Positions 7,147 to 14,594 of a DNA stretch of 16,632 nucleotides are shown here, in pieces. Location: the NCBI GenBank assembly GCA_016711405.1, contig JADJSZ010000094.1, positions 1 through 16,632 on the forward strand, given 5' to 3'. Made by a program: the position numbers and the translations under genes. Source of the DNA: Candidatus Hadersleviella danica. GTDB lineage: Bacteria > Chloroflexota > Anaerolineae > Promineifilales > Promineifilaceae. Numbering within the stretch: the first letter of the stretch is position 1; the number at the start of each line of letters is the position of its first letter. A model generated the notes under the pieces. It did no database searches. It was not told where the DNA came from and saw only the letters and a list, made by a program, of their open reading frames with translations.

Positions 7147-8136
7147 ATGAACGCTGAATTTGCAACCATTGAACTGGTGTCCCAATTGGACATCAACAAA
7201 ATGCGCCCCATCGCTGGCTTCCATGCCAACGCGCTTTTGCGGCAAGACGATTGGCGCACGATTGACGACGCGGTCGTGAAAGTCGCTCGCCAAAACCTGA
7301 GTGTTTTGGATGACCTCGCCCGTTTCGGCCTTGTACGGCCGCCCGCTGGTTTGGGGCTGATGTTCAGTTCCTACGAACAACAAAGCGAACTGACCACGGC
7401 CAACGTGGACATGGCGGCCGACACCCGCGCCGAAATGTCCAACCTCAACCACACGACCATCAACATTCCTGTGCCCATCATCCACAAAGAGTTTTCTCTG
7501 AACGCTCGGGTGCTGATGAATAGCCGCATGAACCGCATGGAAGGGTTGGACGTTAGCCACGCCGAAAGCTCTGCCCGGCGCGTGGCCGAAGCCATCGAGG
7601 ACATGATTATCAACGGCGTTTCGTTGACCGTGAACGGTTCCACCATTCAGGGCTTGACCAACGCTACCAATCGTGTCACCGACACCGCTACCAACTTTGG
7701 CGGCGGGGCGTGGAGTACGGCGGGGAACGCCTACAAAACCATCAACGGCATGATTGCTGGCATTGAAAACAAAGGTTTCTATGGCCCTTATGGGGTCTAC
7801 GTGGCCAACAACTTGTGGAGCAAGCTCCGCAATCTGATTAGCACCGAATCGGGCAAGTCTGAAATGGCCGCCCTCATGGAAAACCTTGGTTTGGCCACAG
7901 GCGGGCAAGTCGCCTACGTCAAGCCCTCCCGCTCCCTTGCCGCTGGCACGGCCGTCTTGTTCCAACTCACCAGTGATGTCATTGACATTGCCACGGGCGT
8001 TGGCATGACCACCGTCCAATGGGAAGAGCAAGGCCGCTTGACCAGCAATTTCCGCGTCATGGCGGCGATGGCGCCTCGTGTCAAGTACGACGCTTCCAGC
8101 AATTGCGGTGTGGCTCATGCCACAGGTGCGCTCTAA
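7147..8136 (+). CDS. major capsid protein (HK97-fold, DUF2184 / encapsulin-like type, inferred)
   Basis: 329 aa. Strong GGAGGTG Shine-Dalgarno. It lies immediately after the scaffold and small head protein. The composition and length are typical of this MCP class. The long antisense ORF 6976..8118 covering it is low-complexity and rejected. Confidence 0.7.
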   Translation: MNAEFATIELVSQLDINKMRPIAGFHANALLRQDDWRTIDDAVVKVARQNLSVLDDLARFGLVRPPAGLGLMFSSYEQQSELTTANVDMAADTRAEMSNLNHTTINIPVPIIHKEFSLNARVLMNSRMNRMEGLDVSHAESSARRVAEAIEDMIINGVSLTVNGSTIQGLTNATNRVTDTATNFGGGAWSTAGNAYKTINGMIAGIENKGFYGPYGVYVANNLWSKLRNLISTESGKSEMAALMENLGLATGGQVAYVKPSRSLAAGTAVLFQLTSDVIDIATGVGMTTVQWEEQGRLTSNFRVMAAMAPRVKYDASSNCGVAHATGAL

Positions 8137-8147
8137 GGGGGTGACGT

Positions 8148-8480
8148 ATGGCTGACCAACTTTACAAAGTGCGTGAGGGTAAGCGGTTTGGGGCGTTTGA
8201 CCAGTACGAAAGTGGCGACACCGTGGTACTGGACGAACTCGCGGCCGTGCCCTTCCTCGACAAGTTGGAACCTGTCACCCCAGAAACAGGGGCGGGTAAC
8301 TCTGCCCCTGTTGACCCGCCCTCTGACACGCTCCCCAGCGGCTTTCCCCACGCCACGAAGTTAGCGGCCAGTGGCTACACCACGGTTACGGCCGTGCGGT
8401 CAGCTACCGACGCGCAACTCATTGCCCTCAAAGGCATTGGCGAAAAGGCCGTTGTTGAAATTCGTGAGGCATTGGCTTAA
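8148..8480 (+). CDS. hypothetical head-module protein with a C-terminal helix-hairpin-helix motif ('LIALKGIGEKAVVEI')
   Basis: GGGGGTGA Shine-Dalgarno. 110 aa. The G-I-G hairpin with flanking hydrophobic helices is an HhH signature. Confidence 0.55.
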   Translation: MADQLYKVREGKRFGAFDQYESGDTVVLDELAAVPFLDKLEPVTPETGAGNSAPVDPPSDTLPSGFPHATKLAASGYTTVTAVRSATDAQLIALKGIGEKAVVEIREALA

Positions 8481-8857
8481 TGGCACTCCCCACCGCCTAC
8501 ACCGAAGCCACGTTCAAGGCTTATCTCTTCTCCCAAATAGCAGGGCTAAACCTGACTTGGACGGTAGACGGCGGTGATTTTGATGAAATCGTTATCTCGG
8601 TTGGGCTTTACCTCTCAGCCGAGATAGCCGATGTCACCAACATTAAGTTGCTCCGGGCAGTCGGGCGGCGCGAACTCTGGTTAGCCGTCATGCAAGCGAG
8701 TGGCAACAAGGCCACGGCCGCCACGGGTGTAGCGGGCAGTATCACATTCGGCAAAAACATTTTTGACCGTGCCCAAGACTTGTACAACAAGGCGACGGCA
8801 GAGGTTGAATTACTCGAGGGCGAGGTCACTAAAACCCCGTCTCTCTGGGCTGGTTAG
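8480..8857 (+). CDS. putative head-tail connector / head completion protein
   Basis: Start overlaps the upstream stop (TAATG) with a GAGG Shine-Dalgarno. 125 aa. Position is between the capsid and tail genes. Confidence 0.45.
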   Translation: MALPTAYTEATFKAYLFSQIAGLNLTWTVDGGDFDEIVISVGLYLSAEIADVTNIKLLRAVGRRELWLAVMQASGNKATAATGVAGSITFGKNIFDRAQDLYNKATAEVELLEGEVTKTPSLWAG

Positions 8858-8861
8858 GGCA

Positions 8862-9272
8862 ATGCTCGACTTCGACATTGAACTCAAGGGCTTTTCCAAA
8901 ACGACGTTGCGCTGGCAAAAGACGCTTGCCCAACGTGCCGCCATCGCCCAAGAGGAGTTGAACAAGTTCGGGGAAGCGGCCGTGCAAAAACTGGCGGGCG
9001 AGGCTTACCCCGCCCAACTGCCCAATCAGAAATACGTCCGCACTTTCTTGTTACGCAACCGCTTTCAATGGAAAGCACGGCCGTTGCAGAAAGCCGGGCG
9101 GATTCTGCTCAGTAACACCGCCCCGCGCCGTCGCTTTGCGATTGGGAAGAAATCGCAAGCGCGAATCCATCAGGGCAGATGGTGGACGATGCAAGACAAA
9201 GTCGTGGGCTACACCCCCGCTCTTCACAGGGCGTTGTTAGCGGCCTACATGGAACGGCTGACAAATGGATAA
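8862..9272 (+). CDS. hypothetical neck / head-tail joining protein (start uncertain; the track ORF begins upstream at 8763 in the same frame)
   Basis: The frame is open from 8763 to 9272, but the first ~100 nt overlap the preceding gene. ATG 8862 is the first ATG after that gene's stop. Confidence 0.45.
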   Translation: MLDFDIELKGFSKTTLRWQKTLAQRAAIAQEELNKFGEAAVQKLAGEAYPAQLPNQKYVRTFLLRNRFQWKARPLQKAGRILLSNTAPRRRFAIGKKSQARIHQGRWWTMQDKVVGYTPALHRALLAAYMERLTNG

Positions 9273-9741
9273 AGAAGCCGCCTTAATCGCCCTCCGCAAT
9301 ATGATTCGCGCCGCTGGCACGGCTCCCTTGTCCAACTTGGGGCAACGGGTGTGGGTTCAGTCAGAGGATTACACCTCTGTTTCCATCGCCACTTACCCCT
9401 TTTGCCTTGTGAACTATGCCATTGGCGAGGATTTTCCCGTGCGGAAAGCGGCCTTGAACGGCCGTTACACCTACGAATGGCTTGCCCAAGTCTACTTTGC
9501 CGTTGGCTCGGCCGATGTGGGCTATCCCAGCTCCGCCTTTGCCGCCGCACAACAAGCCAGCAAAGCATACCCACGGGCGTTGTTAAGCCTTTTGGCGGCC
9601 GATACGACCAAGTGGGCGGGCACGATTCACGCGCTCGGCAACACAAATTACTACTTACGCGACAACTTCACAATTTGGGAATGGGACGGCAATGTACTGC
9701 TCGGCCAAATGGTTGAGATACCCGTCACCCAATTCTTTTAG
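9265..9741 (+). CDS. hypothetical tail completion / neck protein
   Basis: The ATG overlaps the upstream stop (ATGGATAA). 158 aa. It directly precedes the major tail gene. Confidence 0.5.
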   Translation: MDKEAALIALRNMIRAAGTAPLSNLGQRVWVQSEDYTSVSIATYPFCLVNYAIGEDFPVRKAALNGRYTYEWLAQVYFAVGSADVGYPSSAFAAAQQASKAYPRALLSLLAADTTKWAGTIHALGNTNYYLRDNFTIWEWDGNVLLGQMVEIPVTQFF

Positions 9742-9753
9742 GAGAAAAACAAC

Positions 9754-10230
9754 ATGGCTATCTCAGGAACCTTAGCGGCCGAAGATGCAATGAACATGTC
9801 CAATGCCGTTTTCGGCGTTGACTTAGGCTCGACAGGCACATTTGCGGCCGTTTCCACATGGACAACCAACGTCGCCACGACAGGCGGGGAAGCTCCCACG
9901 GCCGAAATGATGCGGCTGGCGGGCGACCCCATCGTGAGCGTGGGGCGCAAAGGGGCGCGGACTGTAACCATCACCGCCATTTATGACAACGCGGCCACGG
10001 GCGTTTTCCAAAACGTCTACGCCGCCCACGAAGCGGCCACAGCAGGGCGCAAGTGCGATGTGCAATGGACGGCCTTTGGCGCGACGGCGGGCGACCCCCG
10101 TTTCACGACCGTTAACGGCTTGCTCACCAGTTGCACCTTGCCCGACTTGAACGCCTCCGAAGCGAACCCATCCACGTTCCAGTTCGTGATTTTCGCCTCG
10201 GCCGTTGAACTCGACGACGTGCCCGCCTAA
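9754..10230 (+). CDS. major tail (tube) protein, siphovirus type (inferred)
   Basis: Strong AGGAGA Shine-Dalgarno. 158 aa, Thr/Ala/Gly-rich. It lies immediately upstream of the G/G-T chaperone pair and the tape measure gene. Confidence 0.55.
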   Translation: MAISGTLAAEDAMNMSNAVFGVDLGSTGTFAAVSTWTTNVATTGGEAPTAEMMRLAGDPIVSVGRKGARTVTITAIYDNAATGVFQNVYAAHEAATAGRKCDVQWTAFGATAGDPRFTTVNGLLTSCTLPDLNASEANPSTFQFVIFASAVELDDVPA

Positions 10231-10267
10231 CCCGAATCACCATTCACCCTAGAGGACGACTAAGACA

Positions 10268-10630
10268 ATGACAACCGAAACCGAAACCAACGATTTTGTG
10301 ATTGAAGTAACCGTGGGCGGCATGACTGGCACTGTAGCCTTGCCCGACCCCGAAGAGTTTACGGGGCGCATGTACGATGACTTTATGGCCTTGAACAAGA
10401 AACACAGCAAGGGCGGCACGTCGCAATTGCGGGTCATGTTCTACACGGCCGTGGAGTTCATCAAAAAGTACGGCGGCTGGAACGTGGTTAGTGCTGATGG
10501 GATTCCCGTCAGCATTGACACCGCGCTCGGCTGGAAAAACTCCCCCAGCGCCGAACCGTTTAAGTTTGTCACTTTCTTAGGGCGGCAAACCGACGCTTAC
10601 TTCGTGAGCATTTTCGACCCAAAAAAGTAA
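10268..10630 (+). CDS. tail assembly chaperone G (gpG-like)
   Basis: 120 aa. It ends ...FDPKK* with its last codons forming the slippery heptamer A_AAA_AAG. It lies between the major tail and tape measure genes. Confidence 0.7.
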   Translation: MTTETETNDFVIEVTVGGMTGTVALPDPEEFTGRMYDDFMALNKKHSKGGTSQLRVMFYTAVEFIKKYGGWNVVSADGIPVSIDTALGWKNSPSAEPFKFVTFLGRQTDAYFVSIFDPKK

Positions 10631-10926
10631 TCTGGCAGGTATGGCGCAAGGTATCCCACGGCAAAGGTTCAATGCCCTTCCCTTGGGATACCGCCCGCCT
10701 CTGCCTGAATATGCAGAACGGGGAAGTAATCCACTTCCCCGCTGGCACATACAACAAGCAGGTTGCTACCGAACACGGCCGTCAGCAATTGGAACTAATG
10801 GAACTGACCTACCAAGCGCACCGTGTTTTTGTCGAAATGGGGCAACCAAACAAACAATCTGACAAGACCGCGCTCGAGTTTCTAAAAATCGCTCGAGAAG
10901 TCGAGAAAACCCGTCAACATGGCTAA
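10268..10926 (+). CDS. tail assembly chaperone G-T fusion, made by a -1 programmed ribosomal frameshift at 10621-10627 (join 10268..10627, 10627..10926)
   Basis: The -1 frame (frame 1) is open from the slippery site through track ORF 10672..10926 with no stop (KVIWQVWRKVSHGKGSMPFPWDT...). Its stop overlaps the tape-measure ATG at 10919. This layout is conserved in long-tailed phages. Confidence 0.65.
10621..10627 (+). promoter_or_regulatory. -1 programmed ribosomal frameshift slippery heptamer A_AAA_AAG (dnaX type)
   Basis: In the zero frame, cc[a aaa aag] taa. Read directly from the sequence. Confidence 0.7.
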
Positions 10927-13900
10927 CGAAAAAGACACCTTAGAGATAGAAGTCAAGGCCACGTTGCAAGGCGACGCGGCGTTCAAGTCTATTCTGAGTG
11001 ACCTTGAGAAAATCCGCAAAGAAGCGGATAAGGTCAAGCAATCGGCCGCTGGCATTGGCGGGGCGAGTGGGAGCATTAAGAGCGCGGCCACGGCCTTGGG
11101 CGAGGTTGAATCAGCCGCAAAAAAGGCGGGCAAGGGCGTAGGGGAAGCCGAAAAATCCACCGAATCAGCAGGTAGCGCGTTTACCAAAATGAGTGGGCTG
11201 GCCACGGCCGCATGGGCGGCGGCGGGCGCGGCCGTGACTGCGTTCGTGGTTGATTCGGTCTCCCAATTCATGGCCTTTGAGAAGGGCATGGCCGAAGTCT
11301 TTACCCTGTTGCCGGGCATATCAGGCGCGGCAATGGACGCAATGACGGCCGATGTGCGCGCCTTTGCCCTTGAATCGGGGCGACTGCCTGACGAAGTTGT
11401 GCCCGCCCTCTACCAAGCTATCAGCGCGGGCGTTCCCCAAGCCAACGTATTTGACTTTATGAAAGTGGCCAGCGACGCGGCTTTAGGCGGCGTGACTGAC
11501 CTCGAAACGGCCGTGGACGGTATCACGTCGGTGGTCAATGCGTATGGTTCAGAGGTAGTTAGCGCACAACAGGCCAGTGACATCATGTTCACGGCCGTTA
11601 AGCTGGGCAAAACCGACTTTAGCCAATTATCCGCCTCCCTCTTTAATGTCATCCCCACGGCCGCCGCCTTGGGCGTTTCGTTTGAGGACGTAGCGGCGGG
11701 GTTAGCGGCCGTGACTGCTCAGGGCACACCTACCAGCGTCGCCACAACCCAAATGCGGCAACTGTTTGTGGAACTGAGTAAGGAAGGGGGAAACACCAGC
11801 CGCATCTTTAAGGAAATAGCGGGCGTAGGCTTTAAGGAATTTTTAGCGCAAGGCAACAGTCTACAGGACGGCTTGCAACTCCTTGAAGAGTACGCCGCCA
11901 AAACCAACGTTGGTATCAACGACCTCTTTGGTTCGGTGGAGGCGGGCAGTATCGCCCTTGGTTTGACAGGGCAAGGGACTGAGAAATTCACGGCGGCCGT
12001 GCAAGAGTTTGGCAACGTGACGGGCGCAACAGGGCGGGCGGCCGATTTGATGGGCGAAACCACGGCGCAATCAATGGCGCGGGCAAGCGCGGCCGTCAAC
12101 GAACTCAAATTGATGTTGGGCGAATCACTCGCCCCTGCTTTGGCACAAACGGCCGAAGCTGTGTTAAGCCTTGCCAACATCGCCCTCCCTTGGCTGGCAA
12201 GCAACTTGAACAAGTGACCGTTGACAGGCGCGTTTGCCGACGGCATGAGCATCATAGCGGGTGAAAGCGAAGCTGTGGAGCGAACCGTAGCAGGTGTGGC
12301 CAATGTGGTAGGCGACAACGCGCTTTCGGCCGCTGAAAAGATGGCGCAATTGGACGCGGCCATTAGCAACGCGGGCACGGGCGGCCGTGTGTTTGGCCAC
12401 GCTGAAGAGATTGAAGCGGGCATGGTGCAGGTGGCTAAGGCCGTTGTCACGGGTGCAACCTCTTACGAAGATGCAATTGCCCGCATGAAAGAAGCGGGAT
12501 TCGAGATGGACGCGGAGGGCATGAGCTTTACCAGCCCTCACGAATGGGAAGCGTTTCAAGCGGCATGGGCACAAGTGGAGCAGGGCGCGGTCTTTTCGGC
12601 CTCCCAAGTCATGTCCCGCCTTGTGGACGTGAGCGGGGCGTATGCCCACACGGGCAAAGAAGCCGATGACGCGGCCGTGTTTATCACCGACTTGACCGAG
12701 GAGTTGGAAAAGAACGGCCGTGCTTACGAACAAGCGACTGAGGCCACGGCCGCCAATGAGCAGGTCAACGAACGCATTGCCAAGGTCAATGAAGCCGCGT
12801 TAAGCACCAGCGAAGCCAAAAACCAATTACTGAAAGAGGAAGCCCTAAGCGCGGGCAAAACGGCCGAATCCATTGCCGAATACGAAGCGGCAACCAAAGC
12901 GGCTTTGGCCGCTACACAGGCGTTTGTGCGGGATTCGACAGGCGCGTTTAACAAGTCGGGCAACATCTTTGGCGACGCTTTCCAAGAGCTTGAAAAGGCC
13001 GAAAACGCGCAAATCAATCTGAACGCGGGCACGGTATGGGCGTACAACCAAGCCTCTAAAGAAATAACCGAAATCAGCGGCCAATTAGCGGCCGATTTGA
13101 GCGAAGACCAGCAAAAAGCGTTCCAAGAAATCTTGGGCACGGTAGAGGAAGGGTCAGCCGAATGGCTGAGCGCCTACAACGCTTTGCAAGGCGATTTAAG
13201 CGACAGTGCCCGGCAGGGTCTTGTGGCGCAAATGGCTGAATTGCAAGGGGAGGCAGGCGAGTTAGCGGGCGGCGGGTTAGAAGCGGTGTACGGGGCTGAC
13301 ACACGGGCGGCCGAAGAAGCCCGCGCCGCCATCGAGGAAGCCAATCAAGCCATCATTGCCAGTTACAAGGCGACCACGTTTGAGGCGTTGCTGGCTCAAA
13401 CGGGCGTGACCGAAAGCACGTTAGCTTTCGGGCGTTCAATTGGGCATTATGACCGAGGCAGAGGCGGCGGCGCGGCTCGAGTTTACCAATACCACCCTCG
13501 CCCTGACCACGCTGGCCAGCTCGCAAGAATTTGCGGCCGCTTCCACCCGTGACCAAGCGGAGGCCGCGCAACTGCTTATTTTGGGCTACGCCTCTTCAGC
13601 GGAGGAAGCGGCCACAATGGCGGCCTCCATATCCGACAAGGGCGGCTTATCCGAATCCCTGTTAGCGGCCACAAGCCAAACCGAACAACTGAATCTTGAA
13701 TTAGCCAAGCTCGAGGGCGACAAAGAAAGCAAGGTCAGCGTGAGCGTGGACGGCATTGAATCGTTGCGCGAAGCCGTAGGGCTGACCCAGCAAATGGCGG
13801 GCGGCGGGCGCAAAGACGGCGCGGCCACGGCCGCTTTGCCCGAAGCCCGTGCCGTGGGCGGGGACATCAGCGCGGGCAGTCCCCTACATGGTAGGGGAGC

Positions 13901-14160
13901 AAGGCGCGGAACTGATTTTCCCCAGCAAGAGCGGCTTCGTGGCCACGGCCGCGCAAACCCGCCAATTGCTGAACGAAGCCAAACAAGCCCAAGCGCAAAT
14001 GGCCATGAGTAACAGCTATGCGACAAATACGGCCAACCTGAGCATGACCAACAACATCTATGCGGGCAACCAACCCGCCCAAGATATTGCCAGCACGATT
14101 GACCGACGCGGCCAACAAACCGCCCGCAAAATGGCGCGGCTCATGGGGCAAAAAATCTAA
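10919..14160 (+). CDS. tail tape measure protein (TP901-type core), about 1080 aa if continuous. As written it is split four ways: 10919..12217 ends at an in-frame TGA; 12218..~13430 (frame 2); a +1 shift near 13426-13432 to frame 0; a +1 shift near 13881-13884 (CCCC) to frame 1; end at 14160
   Basis: The first segment carries the TP901-family tape-measure core ('DIMFTAVKLGKTDFSQLSASLFNVIPTAAALGVSFEDVAAGLAAVTAQG'). The middle is Ala/Glu/Gln-rich and helical. The last segment carries the conserved TMP C-terminal motif 'VPYMVGEQGAELIFPSKSGFV'. Segments 1 and 2 share a frame and are separated only by 'aag TGA ccg TTG'. Confidence 0.8.
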
Positions 14161-14585
14161 TGATACCTACCTCATTCTCTGCCCTGACCGTCACGGCCTT
14201 AAACAACGGCACAACCACCTTTGCGGTGGATATGGGCTATGACCACTTGCCAATGGAAAACCGCCTTGTCGAAACCATTGCGGGGGTTTACGACACCAGA
14301 GGAACCCAAACCAGCCGCCGCAAGCCGGGGGTGCGACAAGTGCGCTACATCTTTGAGGGCGCAACGGCCGCTGATTTGCATAGCCACATCAATACCCTTG
14401 AATTTACCGACAAGGGCAAGAAAGGGACATTGACCCTGACCCGCGTGGGCGGCGCAACCACCTACACCTGCACGGCCGCGCTCACCAACATTGCCGTGGC
14501 TTTCCTGAGTGAAGATAACCCCGATGAAACAGCGGCCGTTATCACTCTCTTTTTGGCCGAATTAACAGCCCTTGCCCAAGCGTAA
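14160..14585 (+). CDS. small tail protein directly after the tape measure (possibly distal tail protein-like), 141 aa
   Basis: Its ATG overlaps the TMP stop (TAATG). Function is inferred from position only. Confidence 0.4.
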   Translation: MIPTSFSALTVTALNNGTTTFAVDMGYDHLPMENRLVETIAGVYDTRGTQTSRRKPGVRQVRYIFEGATAADLHSHINTLEFTDKGKKGTLTLTRVGGATTYTCTAALTNIAVAFLSEDNPDETAAVITLFLAELTALAQA

Positions 14586-14594
14586 CCAACACTT

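Noticed and set aside
6976-8118. 380-aa minus-strand ORF lying wholly inside the major capsid gene
   Set aside because: The protein is low-complexity Gly/Arg/His/Val-rich with no start context. This is a typical GC-rich antisense shadow ORF. The + strand product has a strong Shine-Dalgarno and capsid-like character.
12215-12217. TGA used as a sense codon (genetic code 4 or 25) to explain the interrupted tape measure
   Set aside because: terL and other frames terminate sensibly at TGA. Translating through TGA elsewhere yields nonsense. The ~57% GC composition is also inconsistent with known TGA-recoding lineages.
11719-12733. Minus-strand ORFs of 243 and 189 aa antisense to the tape measure gene
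   Set aside because: Ala/Ser/Pro/Arg-rich shadow frames of a GC-rich, Ala-rich coding strand. They have no ribosome-binding sites and run against the uniform + orientation of the module.
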